A stretch of 52,916 nucleotides of DNA, taken from assembly GCA_947588855.1 (NCBI GenBank), contig CANQBN010000001.1, positions 1 to 52,916 on the forward strand, in the 5' to 3' direction. Below, piece by piece: positions 1-10,300 of this stretch (positions are counted from its first letter, which is position 1; the number at the start of each line of letters is the position of its first letter). The notes beneath the pieces were generated by a model that saw only the letters and a list, made by a program, of their open reading frames with translations, had not been told where the DNA came from and made no database searches. Position numbers and translations under genes: made by a program. The DNA is from an uncultured Lachnospiraceae bacterium (GTDB lineage: Bacteria; Bacillota; Clostridia; Lachnospirales; Lachnospiraceae).

Positions 1-47
1 TATCCTTTCCTGCAACACTAACGGCAACTTTTTTGCCGGAGTCTTTA

Positions 48-72
48 GAAGTGGAAGTTAACTTTTCACTTC
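48..72 (-). terminator. Imperfect inverted repeat downstream of clpB, possible terminator
   Basis: gaagtggaagttaacttttcacttc is near-palindromic and lies just past the clpB stop. There is no strong U-tract. Confidence 0.35.
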
Positions 73-79
73 ACGCATT

Positions 80-2668
80 TTATTCCACATACGCGATCAG
101 CTTATCTCCCGCCGGAGCCGTATCCACCACGATAGTGTCTCCAGCTCTCACCTGGTCGCCCAGAATAATCTTGGCAGCCAGTGTCTCCACATATTTCTGA
201 AGATACCGCTTCAGGGGCCTTGCGCCGTAGACCGGATCGTAGCCATGCTCCACCACGTAATCCCTGGCCTCGTCCGTCATCTCCACCTGGATCTCCCGGT
301 CTGCCAGGCGGCGGTTGGTATCGGCGATCAGAAGCTTAATGATGCCGGAGATGTTATCCCTGGTCAGAGGCTTGAACAGGATGATCTCATCCAGACGGTT
401 CAAAAACTCTGGCCGGAAATGAGCCCGCAGATCCGTCATGGCCATATCCTCCGCCTCCTTGCGTATAGCGCCGTTCTCATCAATTCCCTCCAGCAGATAC
501 TGAGAACCGATGTTGGAGGTCATGATGATGATAGTATTCTTAAAATCTACGGTCTTGCCGGTAGAGTCGGTAATCCGCCCGTCGTCCAGCACCTGCAGAA
601 GGACATTGAACACATCCGGATGGGCCTTCTCCACCTCATCGAACAATACTACGCTGTAGGGCTTGCGGCGGACTGCCTCTGTCAGCTGGCCGCCTTCATC
701 GTAGCCTACATATCCTGGAGGCGCTCCGATAAGCCGGGCCACGGAATGTTTCTCCATATATTCACTCATATCAATCCGGACCATGTTGGATTCATCGTCA
801 AACAGACTGGCCGCCAGGGCTTTGGCAAGCTCCGTCTTGCCTACGCCGGTAGGGCCTAAAAACAGGAACGAACCGATAGGTTTGGTAGGATCCTTGATGC
901 CGGCCTTGGAACGGATAATGGCCTCCGTTACTTTCTCTACTCCCTCATCCTGTCCGATCACTCTCTTGTGCAGTTCTTCATCCAGATGAAGGGTTTTGCT
1001 CCGCTCGCTCTCCGTCAGTTTAGCCACCGGGATTCCGGTCCAACGAGAGATAATCCTGGCAATCTCATCCTCGGTAACGCTTTCATGCACCAGGCTCAGA
1101 TCCTGGTTTTTCACCTTCTCCTCTTCTTCCGCTAGCTGTTTCTGCAGGCCGGGCAGCTTCCCATACTGAAGCTCTGCCGCCTTATTCAGATCATAGACCT
1201 GCTGGGCCTGGGCAATCTCCCGGTTCACACTCTCAATCTCCTCGCGCAGGGAAGACAAACGTTCCACCGAGTGCTTCTCATTCTCCCACTGAGCTTTCTT
1301 ATTAGCAAATTCATCATGCAGCTCGGCTAGCTCCTTCTGCAGATCCGCCAGCCGGTCCTGGCTGAGATGGTCAGTCTCCTTCTTAAGCGCCGCCTCCTCA
1401 ATCTCCATCTGCATGATCTTCCGTGACAATTCATCCAGTTCCGTGGGCATGGAATCCAGCTCTGTCTTAATCAGGGCACAGGCCTCATCTACCAGGTCAA
1501 TGGCTTTATCCGGCAGGAACCGATCGGAAATATACCGGTCGGACAGCACCGCCGCCGACACCAGGGCGGAGTCCGTAATCTTCACACCATGAAACACCTC
1601 GTAGCGCTCCTTCAAACCTCGAAGAATGGAAATGGTATCTTCCACCGTCGGTTCATCCACCATCACCGGTTGGAACCGCCGTTCCAGGGCCGCGTCCTTC
1701 TCAATGTATTTTCGATATTCATCTAACGTAGTCGCGCCGATACAGTGAAGCTCACCGCGGGCCAGCATGGGCTTAAGCAGATTGCCTGCATCCATGGAGC
1801 CTTCCGTCTTGCCAGCTCCCACAATGGTGTGCAGCTCATCGATAAACAGAATAATCTGTCCGTTGCTTTTCTTCACTTCCTCCAGGACGGCCTTCAGCCT
1901 TTCCTCAAACTCTCCCCGATATTTGGCTCCTGCCACCAGGGCACCCATATCCAGGGCAAAGAGTTTTCGGTCCTTCAATCCTTCCGGCACATCGCCCCGG
2001 ACAATCCTCTGAGCCAGGCCTTCTACTACGGCAGTCTTACCAACGCCGGGTTCGCCTATGAGAACCGGGTTGTTCTTGGTCTTTCTGGAAAGAATCCTGA
2101 TCACATTGCGGATTTCGCTGTCACGGCCGATAACCGGATCCAGCTTCTGGTCTCTGGCGCGCTCCACCAGATCAGAACCGTATTTTTCCAGCGTATCATA
2201 AGTGACCTCCGGATTGTCGCTGACCACTCTCTGATTGCCCCGCACCGTAGACAGCGCCTGAAGGAAACTTTCCCGGTTAATGCCATACTGACGGAACATT
2301 TCTTTCAACGTCCTATCCGGCTGCTTCAGCATAGCCAAAAACAGGTGCTCCACCGACACATATTCATCGCCCATGGCCCTGGCTTCATCCTCGGCGCTGA
2401 TCAGCACCTTATTCAGATCATTGCTCACATACAGCTGCCCGCCGCTGACCTTTGTCAGACGCTCTACTGCCTGACGCACCTCATTAGTGAACATCTCACC
2501 GGAGATATTCATCTTGGTGATCAGCTTCAAGATCAGACTGTCCTCCAGAGTCAGCAGGCTCAGAAGCAGATGCTCCTGTTCCAGCTGCTGATTGCCGTGC
2601 TCATAAGCCAGCTTCTCGCAATTCTGGACAGCTTCCATGGATTTCTGAGTAAATTTATTAATATTCAT
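80..2668 (-). CDS. clpB: ATP-dependent chaperone ClpB
   Basis: Two AAA+ modules ([16 protein letters not shown]), [16 protein letters not shown] pore loop and a long M-domain coiled coil. Start trimmed to MNINKF (ATG 2668), which follows a GGGAGG RBS. Confidence 0.97.
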   Translation of the reverse strand: MNINKFTQKSMEAVQNCEKLAYEHGNQQLEQEHLLLSLLTLEDSLILKLITKMNISGEMFTNEVRQAVERLTKVSGGQLYVSNDLNKVLISAEDEARAMGDEYVSVEHLFLAMLKQPDRTLKEMFRQYGINRESFLQALSTVRGNQRVVSDNPEVTYDTLEKYGSDLVERARDQKLDPVIGRDSEIRNVIRILSRKTKNNPVLIGEPGVGKTAVVEGLAQRIVRGDVPEGLKDRKLFALDMGALVAGAKYRGEFEERLKAVLEEVKKSNGQIILFIDELHTIVGAGKTEGSMDAGNLLKPMLARGELHCIGATTLDEYRKYIEKDAALERRFQPVMVDEPTVEDTISILRGLKERYEVFHGVKITDSALVSAAVLSDRYISDRFLPDKAIDLVDEACALIKTELDSMPTELDELSRKIMQMEIEEAALKKETDHLSQDRLADLQKELAELHDEFANKKAQWENEKHSVERLSSLREEIESVNREIAQAQQVYDLNKAAELQYGKLPGLQKQLAEEEEKVKNQDLSLVHESVTEDEIARIISRWTGIPVAKLTESERSKTLHLDEELHKRVIGQDEGVEKVTEAIIRSKAGIKDPTKPIGSFLFLGPTGVGKTELAKALAASLFDDESNMVRIDMSEYMEKHSVARLIGAPPGYVGYDEGGQLTEAVRRKPYSVVLFDEVEKAHPDVFNVLLQVLDDGRITDSTGKTVDFKNTIIIMTSNIGSQYLLEGIDENGAIRKEAEDMAMTDLRAHFRPEFLNRLDEIILFKPLTRDNISGIIKLLIADTNRRLADREIQVEMTDEARDYVVEHGYDPVYGARPLKRYLQKYVETLAAKIILGDQVRAGDTIVVDTAPAGDKLIAYVE

Positions 2669-2704
2669 AGAGATTCCTCCCTTGCTTTTTATTGTTCTAT
2701 TCGT

Positions 2705-2733
2705 ACTATAACACATGTTGTTAGCACTGTCAA
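2705..2733 (-). promoter_or_regulatory. SigA promoter of clpB
   Basis: Minus strand TTGACA (2728-2733), 17-nt spacer, TATAGT (2705-2710) with an extended -10 TG. Confidence 0.85.
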
Positions 2734-2747
2734 GAGAGGAGTGCTAA
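2721..2747. promoter_or_regulatory. CIRCE element (HrcA operator)
   Basis: TTAGCACTG-N9-GAGTGCTAA, one mismatch to the consensus TTAGCACTC-N9-GAGTGCTAA. It overlaps the -35 box. Confidence 0.93.
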
Positions 2748-2751
2748 ATTT

Positions 2752-3762
2752 TTAAAATTTCTTTAATGCTTCCTCCTGCGCCTGAATCACCCGGTCGCAC
2801 CAGGCGTCAAATTCCGGATCTTCTTTCTGACATTCCGGATGTGAAAAAATATACTCTATCGCTTCTCTCACTCCCTGGTCGAAACGCACAGTTGCCTGAA
2901 ATCCCGGCACCAGACGCTTCAGCTTATCATTACAGAAGACTACGCTGTGCGCCTTGTCACCCAACAAGCCATCGCCGCCCTCATAATAGCAGGCCGCCGC
3001 CAGAAACATGGAGGACACATAATACGGCTTCAGAACAACGCCCAGAGCCTGCGCAATGGTCTGATAAATCTGGTTCCAGGTCAGAGTTTCATCTCCGGTA
3101 ATCTGAACCGTCTCGCCGATGGCGTGAATATTTCCCATAAGTCCTACAAATGCTCTGGCAAAATCACGGCTGTGGGTCAGAGTCCACAGAGATGTCCCAT
3201 CGCCATGAATGATGACCCGTTTTCCCTCCAGCATCCTCTTCAAAATCTGGAAGCTTCCGTTTTTCCCATGAAGCCCTACCGGCACGCTCCGTTTATAATA
3301 AGTATGGCTTGGCCGCACAATGGTAATCGGAAATCCTTCTTCCCGATACAGTTTCATCAGGTAATCTTCCCCGGCAATCTTGCCGCGGGAGTACTCCCAG
3401 TAAGGATTGGACAGAGGTGTTCCCTCTGTAATCCGATAGTCTGACAGCGGCTTCTGGTAAGCAGAGGCAGAACTGATATAGATAAACTGCCTGATCCTTC
3501 CCCGGAACAACCGATAGTCCCGCTCCAACTGCTCCGGTCCATATGCAATGAAATCCGCCGCTGCGTCAAACTCCTGACCTGTCAGCAGCGCGTCAATCCG
3601 TTCCTCATCATTGACATCCGCGACAATCACATGGGCACCCTCCGGCAATTCGCCGTTTCGGCTGCCTCGGTTGATCAGCCACAATTCATGACCGTCTTCA
3701 ATCAGTTTTCTGGAAATCTCGGTACTGATGGTACCGGTTCCGCCAATCAGCAGCGCTTTCAT
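2752..3762 (-). CDS. NAD-dependent epimerase/dehydratase (extended/atypical SDR)
   Basis: N-terminal GGTGTIS Rossmann motif, YISSASAY, YSRGK (YxxxK), IVRPSHTY, GDG. Confidence 0.88.
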   Translation of the reverse strand: MKALLIGGTGTISTEISRKLIEDGHELWLINRGSRNGELPEGAHVIVADVNDEERIDALLTGQEFDAAADFIAYGPEQLERDYRLFRGRIRQFIYISSASAYQKPLSDYRITEGTPLSNPYWEYSRGKIAGEDYLMKLYREEGFPITIVRPSHTYYKRSVPVGLHGKNGSFQILKRMLEGKRVIIHGDGTSLWTLTHSRDFARAFVGLMGNIHAIGETVQITGDETLTWNQIYQTIAQALGVVLKPYYVSSMFLAAACYYEGGDGLLGDKAHSVVFCNDKLKRLVPGFQATVRFDQGVREAIEYIFSHPECQKEDPEFDAWCDRVIQAQEEALKKF

Positions 3763-3810
3763 GTCTTAGTCCTCCTGTGAATTTATTTTCTTAATTAGTA
3801 GTATAGCACA

Positions 3811-3849
3811 GAAAAGAGAGTACAGCCATAATCAGATGTACTCTCTTTC
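3811..3849 (-). terminator. Intrinsic terminator after rubrerythrin
   Basis: Perfect 12-bp stem aaagagagtaca / tgtactctcttt ending in a T-run on the minus strand. Confidence 0.7.
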
Positions 3850-3913
3850 AAGCGAATTCATATTCCTGCTGCCGCTCAGGCATTTATCTTCCCGCCGGCA
3901 AAACCGTTGCGGA

Positions 3914-4450
3914 TCAATAGTTCTCCTGATGTACCTCGAAGAAGCTCTGAGGATGAGCGCAGACCGGGCAAACCTCCGGGGCCTTGGTGCCGATCACCAG
4001 ATGACCGCAGTTACGGCACTCCCACACCTGAACGCCGCTCTTCTCAAATACCTGCTTGGTTTCCACATTCTTCAGCAAAGCGCGATAGCGCTCTTCATGA
4101 GACTTCTCAATAGCAGCAACTCCGCGGAACTTGGCGGCCAGAGCGGTAAAGCCCTCTTCCTCCGCTTCCTTCGCCATACGGTCATACATATCCGTCCATT
4201 CAAAGTTCTCGCCTTCGGCGGCATGAAGCAGATTCTCGGCTGTGTCGCCTAACTCGCCCAGTTCCTTGAACCAAAGCTTCGCATGCTCTTTCTCATTGTC
4301 AGCAGTCTTCAGAAACAGCGCCGCAATCTGCTCGTATCCCGCCTTCTTGGCTACCGACGCAAAATAAGTATATTTGTTCCTGGCCTGAGACTCCCCCGCA
4401 AAAGCCTCCCATAAATTCTTCTCTGTCTTGGTACCCGCATACTTTGACAT
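3914..4450 (-). CDS. rbr: Rubrerythrin
   Basis: [12 protein letters not shown], two ExxH diiron motifs (EKEH, EKSH) and a C-terminal rubredoxin-like CRNC...CPVC. Confidence 0.95.
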   Translation of the reverse strand: MSKYAGTKTEKNLWEAFAGESQARNKYTYFASVAKKAGYEQIAALFLKTADNEKEHAKLWFKELGELGDTAENLLHAAEGENFEWTDMYDRMAKEAEEEGFTALAAKFRGVAAIEKSHEERYRALLKNVETKQVFEKSGVQVWECRNCGHLVIGTKAPEVCPVCAHPQSFFEVHQENY

Positions 4451-4475
4451 ATCGTTATCCTCCTATGATCATTAA

Positions 4476-4490
4476 TTATAGTAACTATTA
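4476..4490. promoter_or_regulatory. PerR/Fur-family box
   Basis: TTATAGT-A-ACTATTA is a 7-1-7 near-palindrome resembling TTATAATnATTATAA. It lies between the -10 box and the RBS of rbr. Confidence 0.65.
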
Positions 4491-4492
4491 TT

Positions 4493-4521
4493 AATATAGT
4501 GTATTCTCAGCGAATTGTCAA
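4493..4521 (-). promoter_or_regulatory. SigA promoter of rbr
   Basis: TTGACA (4516-4521), 17-nt spacer, TATATT (4493-4498). Confidence 0.8.
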
Positions 4522-4550
4522 TAGACTTCCATCAACATTTTATACCGGAT

Positions 4551-5868
4551 CTACTCCTGATTTACATACCCCGGACCATACCCTTCCGTTTCTCGCCGTA
4601 AAGTAAAAGGCTCCTCTGCTCCGGCACTTTGTTCTTCTCCGCTTAATCCATAGGTAATCGCCCCGTAGGCGTCCAAAATTCCACCGGTAGATACCTTTCC
4701 GGTCAGCCAGTCCTGTTTTCTGGCCGATTCTAAGATTGCTGTGCGAACCTGAGCAAGAGAAAGATCCGTGCGGCAGGAATAAACCAGCGCCGCTACCCCT
4801 GTTACCATAGGCGCCGACATGGATGTTCCAGTCATATATCCGTAATCACCAAAAGGCTTCGTGCTGAGTATGTAAGAGCCAGGGGCGGCAATATCCACGC
4901 CTGCCGCGCCGAAGTTAGAACTTTTCTCTAAAGAACCGTCAAACATCATATTGGATACGGATATGATATTGTCACAGGGCAGTGCCGCCGGATACATGGG
5001 GCTGGCATCGATATCATAACCAAGCCCTTCATTATTGCCGTTCCCGGAAGCCGCCACAAACAACATATGAGAATTGCGAATCAATTCCTCCGTAGTGGTA
5101 TCATACTGGTAGGTACCAAGACTCAAATTACAGATATCCGCTCCATTAGCCTCCGCATAACGTATGGCATCATTCAAAGCCTGCGGCGAACCTATCGACC
5201 ATAAAGAGCCCATAACTTTAAGAACCATGATTTTCACATGATCACTGTCCGCAATTCCTGTAATTCCCCGCCCATCCCATCTCCCGGCGATTGTTCCTGC
5301 CGCATGGGTCCCGTGAGCGTCCTCCAGACTGATATATGTCTGAGGGACATTCCAATAAAAATTCCAGCCGTGAATATCATCCACAAAACCGTTTCCGTCA
5401 TTATCTATACCGTCTCCGGGTACTTCATCCGTATTGGTCCAAATGGCATCCCTGATATCAAAATGATTGAAATCCACCCCTGTATCAATAAGGGCAACCG
5501 TTACCGTTCGTCTCTGAGAAGTTTTTTCATAATAATCCCAGGCTGGTTCTATATTAATATCCATTCCCGGCAGTCCCCGCGAAAGAATCGTACGCTCTAC
5601 TTCATAGCCCCGCTGCGCTGAAGAATCTGAGCCTGGTCCCGCCTCTTTGACATGCTCCTTAAATGTCAGCTGAGTTTCGGTGATATTACCGCTATTTTTA
5701 AGCCCCCCACTGATACGCATAATAAGACTCCGAAGGGGGCGGCAGCTGAAAGCTGCTCCCGATTCCGTCCGATGCGAGAGCATATACTTCCAACGGCAAA
5801 GACCATATGGTCATCATGACACAGACCGCGATAATAGTAAAGCGTCCGCTCGGATTTCTGTGAAACAT
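4551..5868 (-). pseudogene. Secreted S8 subtilisin-family serine peptidase, frameshifted at a G6 run (5703-5708)
   Basis: The catalytic triad is intact in ORF 4551-5783 (IDTG, HGTH, GTSMSAP). The signal peptide and YYAYQWG lie in another frame (ATG 5868 after a GGAGG RBS). Removing one G gives continuous ...YQWGLKNSG.... Confidence 0.8.
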
Positions 5869-5886
5869 ACGCATTCCCTCCTGTCC

Positions 5887-5932
5887 AAAATACAAGCAAA
5901 ACGTCACTGACGCTTTGTTTGCATACTGATGT
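5887..5932. repeat. 46-bp intergenic hairpin repeat, copy A
   Basis: 38/46 identical to 28268-28313 by manual ungapped alignment. Long stem centred on TCACTG. Confidence 0.7.
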
Positions 5933-5937
5933 AACGC

Positions 5938-5962
5938 AAAAAGCCTGCCAGCGGCAGCCTTT
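5938..5962 (-). terminator. Probable terminator after the HD hydrolase gene
   Basis: Minus strand AGGCTGCC-gct-GGCAGGCT followed by a T-run, with one stem mismatch. Confidence 0.5.
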
Positions 5963-5978
5963 CTGCAAACTTTCATCC

Positions 5979-6518
5979 TCAAATTGTCTCTCCAAATACC
6001 AGTTTCCACAACAACCGGTACTCCTCATAAAACGGATACACCGCAAACTCCCCAAACGACTCGAACACACCTCGATAGTACCACGCATGCATCTGCTTAT
6101 CCTTCTGACGGAATTTGTTCCAAATCTCATCTCCCATCATCAGATAATCCGCTGCCGTACTTCGAAGATTGCTGAGCTTGTCCCCAAAAGCTATCATCCT
6201 CTCATCCCGGTCAGCATGCTTTAAACGTTCTATCGTAGCCTGCTTGCGCTGCTGCCAGGTTTTAGTCTTATCTTCGCTTTCTGCCCTGACCAGCTCTGCT
6301 ACAAGACTGCCGAATTTGTCCTCCAATTCCTGATAAGTCACTCCCGCATCCTCGATCACGTCATGAAGATACGCGGCCGCCACTACTTCCGGCTCCTTCG
6401 TCATGACCGACACAATCATAGCCACCTCTTTGGGATGCACTATGTAAGGCATATTGCTTCCCTTCCGCAGCGCTCCTTCATGGACCCTCGCGGCAAACTC
6501 TGCGGCTCTTTGAATCAT
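5979..6518 (-). CDS. HD-domain hydrolase, Mesh1/small alarmone hydrolase-like
   Basis: H..RKGS..PYIVHP, LHDVIED and DKLSNLR are motifs of stand-alone RelA/SpoT hydrolase domains. There is no synthetase domain. Confidence 0.85.
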   Translation of the reverse strand: MIQRAAEFAARVHEGALRKGSNMPYIVHPKEVAMIVSVMTKEPEVVAAAYLHDVIEDAGVTYQELEDKFGSLVAELVRAESEDKTKTWQQRKQATIERLKHADRDERMIAFGDKLSNLRSTAADYLMMGDEIWNKFRQKDKQMHAWYYRGVFESFGEFAVYPFYEEYRLLWKLVFGETI

Positions 6519-6622
6519 AAATTGTCCTCTCTTTCCGTAAGCCTCTTAGAGTCAACAGTTCTCCTTCATGGAAAAAATACATTTTTATCATAACATATCT
6601 TTCGAAAATTTAGAAGATAAAC

Positions 6623-6651
6623 TTGTAAGAAATCCAATTTTCTGCTATGCT
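6623..6651 (+). promoter_or_regulatory. Putative SigA promoter
   Basis: TTGTAA, 17-nt spacer, TATGCT with an extended -10 TG. Confidence 0.5.
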
Positions 6652-6694
6652 AAATGGGTGCTATCAACAGGCTGGAACTTTGGGAGGGATTCAT

Positions 6695-7381
6695 ATGGAA
6701 CAGCGCGCATATCACCGGCACTCCGTTCAGAAGAAAAAAAGCATTCTCAGCTATGAATGGGTACGGATTTTGTTATTTTATATTTTGCCGTTCGTTGTGA
6801 TTAATCTGCTTATTTTTTTTCTGGTAACCTGCCGGCCTACTTATGAAGTAGAATTAAATGGCACTAATGATTACCGCACAACAGACGTAACTTTCACTAT
6901 CACATCCCACATGCCTCTTAAAACTGTGACGATACGTCTGGATGACGAACCGCTGGATTTAACCCAGGTAGGCAGAAAGTCCTATCGTTCTACCGTTACC
7001 CACAATGGAATCCTGGAAGTTCATATGGTAAATTTTAACGGCGTGGAAGTCACCGGATATGAAATCATAGATATTCTTGACAACCAATTGCCTGAAGTGA
7101 TAGATTACAGCATCAATGACGGTCTCCTGTCCATAGTAGTCAGCGATTCTCAATCTGGAATTGATTATGACAGTCTGACCGCCACAAGAAGCGACGGTCA
7201 GGTCATCACACCGGTATCTGTGGATAAAAATACCGGAACCGTTGTATTTGAGATGGATCCTGGCGGTCTTATCGCCAACATATGTGATATGTCCGGCAAC
7301 GAATATCAGCCTTCATTCTCTGTCACCATTATTGAAGAAAACGCTGATCAAAATACCGGAACTCAAATCACGATTCAGTAA
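6695..7381 (+). CDS. Membrane-anchored hypothetical protein with beta-rich extracellular domains
   Basis: GGGAGG RBS before ATG 6695, basic N-terminus, one TM helix (ILLFYILPFVVINLLIFFLV), then beta-strand-like sequence. Confidence 0.75.
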   Translation: MEQRAYHRHSVQKKKSILSYEWVRILLFYILPFVVINLLIFFLVTCRPTYEVELNGTNDYRTTDVTFTITSHMPLKTVTIRLDDEPLDLTQVGRKSYRSTVTHNGILEVHMVNFNGVEVTGYEIIDILDNQLPEVIDYSINDGLLSIVVSDSQSGIDYDSLTATRSDGQVITPVSVDKNTGTVVFEMDPGGLIANICDMSGNEYQPSFSVTIIEENADQNTGTQITIQ

Positions 7382-10300
7382 TTTTACGGTGTTTCAGAAT
7401 CCTTCGGTAAAGAAGGAAGCTGGCAAGGGGTAAGAAAAGAATTCCCAATCCAAGAACGACCTTGGTTCTGCGGCTCAGATTGCGAAACCATTTCAGAAGA
7501 CCTCCGGAAGTATCCCGGGGGCCTTCTTCTATTATTAAAGTTTCAGGCTGATTTCCGCCTGTATCCTGCATGTTATGAAGCTCTGTTCTCTCCGGCTCGG
7601 AAGGAGTTGATACCGGAATGACATAGACCGCCTGATAAGCCTCGGTTTTCTCTGACTGGACCAGCGTTCTTCCAGTATATACGGCGGTCACATCAGCCAC
7701 GTATTTCTGACCGGAGGCAATTGCCTGTCGGTATGTCAGACCGCCTTCACCAACCCAGGGGTCCGATGTCCACCAGGCGGACTCGATTTGATAATATTCC
7801 GGGTCTACCCCGATTATTTCCAGAAGTTCTTTCTCACATCCTTCAAAGGGCTCTTCCTCCTTTACCGGAACCAGTTTATCTCCCAGTTGAAAGCTTCCTG
7901 CGTCATATCCTTCCACGGTAACCAGGAACTGGAATCCGGAAAGCCAACGCCAGTTATCATATGCCACATCGGATATGGACAATACAGCGCCATCCTCCGT
8001 ATCTACCGTCTGAGGAATCTCCATTGCCTGTTCCACCTCTTCATAAAGAACGGTTTCAGTCAATGCCTCCTGTCCGGCTTCTTCCTCAGCCGTGATCAGC
8101 TGGTAGGATTTCAATTCATATTCCGTTCCTTCCCACAGATATGTATCAGCGGGCAGATTTTCTTCATTTGGTTCCGCGGCAATTGGATCATAAGTGACCA
8201 CTATTTCATTTTCACCTGACGGAACAACTGTTTCTGCCCTGGTCTCAACAGACGGAATGATCAGTAGCAGTACGAGTCCGCAGAAAAGTCCCGTCTTTTT
8301 ACGCGTCAGCCACAGGACTGCAAGCAATATCAACGACAACGCCATAATCCCAAGAGGAATCTCATAGTTCGTATCGTCTCCCGTAACCGGTACTGGCGTT
8401 CTCTTTAATCCGCCGTAAGGGATTCCTGCAGAAGCAGTAAGTCTGACATCATAAGCCGCCAGTACCATTCCAACCGGCTTTTCTTCCCGCGGAACCTGAG
8501 GTTCTGACGGTTGTTCCGGTCCGTCTCCCGGCCTGTCGGGCAGCCGTTCATCCCTCATAATTACTTTATCTACCGTTCCATCCAAAGATACTCTGAACTC
8601 CACATTTTCCGCACGGGCATATCCTGACGGCGCTGATTCTTCCTGAAGAACATAGGTTTCTCCGGCCGTCAGCTTCCCCGTTATCTCATGGGCATCACTG
8701 CCGGAAATCCATTCTTCCACACAATTTCCCTCCTTGTCCAGAATCCGCAGCCGCGCGCCTGGCAATTCCTTTTCTCCCGTAATATCTGTTTTAGTAACAG
8801 TCACACAGGTCAGTTTATCCTCCATGACTACCTGCTGCACGGTTCCGTCTTCCAATACCGTAAAGGAAATATCAGAAGCGTACGCATATCCCTGCGGGGA
8901 AATAGTTTCTCTAAGAGTATAGCGATGTCCCGGAAGCAGTTTTGCTTCTACTTCGTGAGATGTCTCTCCGGAAATCCATTCTTCTACTATCTCCCCTTGT
9001 TCGTCCAGAATCTGCAGTTCTGCTCCGGGGATTTCCTTCTCTCCTGTCATGTCCGTCTTACTGATACATACTCTGCGGACCTGATCGTACGCCGCCATCC
9101 CTTTTAAGAAACCATACTTATCAATCATAAATGAAAACCTGGCCGCTTCTCTTCGGCTTCCGTCATTGTACAGCGTTGTCTCCACCAGACGGTAACGGCG
9201 ATTAAACTTCAAAAGCTCCTCCTCTGATTCGCGGCTTCCTGCCGTAAACTCCGGTTCTTCTTCCGTAGGATACCACGCGGCAATCTGAATCCCTTCCTGG
9301 TCTTCCAGACACAAATGGGTTTTCTCAGGCATCCTGTCATTTATCCTAAAACTGCCGTTCTGAAAGCGGACGCGCTTTATCGTGCTTCCTGTCACCTCCT
9401 CACTGCCGTCACTATATATTGTTTTTTCCAGAAATCTATATACCTTCCCATCCTGGATTCCTTCTTCGCCCGTCAGTTCCCGACCCCGGCCTGTGGAAAT
9501 CCATTCTACAATTTTGCGGTCTTCCTCATCAAATACCTCCATTACAGCTTTGACCGCATATCTTCCGCTCAATGTCAGCCATGACAGATGGTGTACTTCA
9601 ATGGCTGTCAGCTGACTACTGACGGCGCTGATTCTTCTTCCATCCTCCGATAAGATAAAAGCAACCGGTTTCATCAGCGCATACCCTTCCGGAGCCTGAA
9701 GCTCTGCGAGAAGATACGTCTGACCGGCAACCAGTCCCTCCAGTACATAATCCGGATTGGCCTCTTCCGTAATCCACTGGGCAACGGGTTCTTCCGGATC
9801 ATATATGTAATTTCCTTCTTCGTCTCTTCCCAGCACATGGTACACAGCCAGATGGGCTCCCTCCACGAAAGCATCCGCCGCATCCGAAAAAATGCTCTTT
9901 TGAAGAACGACCCTGGTCCTGTCATCCTTAATCTCCACCTGATAACGGGCAGACTCGCCCCAGCTATAAGAAATCCCCTGCCTGTCCTTTTCAAATTCAA
10001 AAGAGAATATCTGCGGATTTACAGCATAACCTTCCGGGGGAATGATTTCCTGAAGCCGATAGCTGTACGGAAGAATACTTCCATCCGCCATAACCTCCCC
10101 CACGGGCAGTCCGGTTAATTCAGCTGTCCCGGAAAAATCACTGAATATTTTCACGAAAACCGGATTCGCAAAATCCGGCTGCCTGTAAGCCGTCAGGCGA
10201 AATACGGCTCCGGATAGGGCCAGTCCCTCCGCATCTGTCTTTCTCACTTCTATTTCTCCCTTTGCGGGAGCATCTGATACCCGCACGATCCGCGTCTGTT

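Noticed and set aside
21-40. ggcaacttttttgccg, superficially like the ends of a c-di-GMP-I riboswitch
   Set aside because: Only a short hairpin. The GAAA tetraloop, receptor and second stem are missing.
245-2755. Plus-strand ORFs of 204 and 336 aa opposite clpB
   Set aside because: Antisense shadows of a highly conserved gene, with no recognisable motifs.
5698-6009. 103-aa ORF as an independent gene
   Set aside because: Its 3' half is the displaced N-terminus of the subtilase, and its 5' half runs over the terminator and hairpin repeat.
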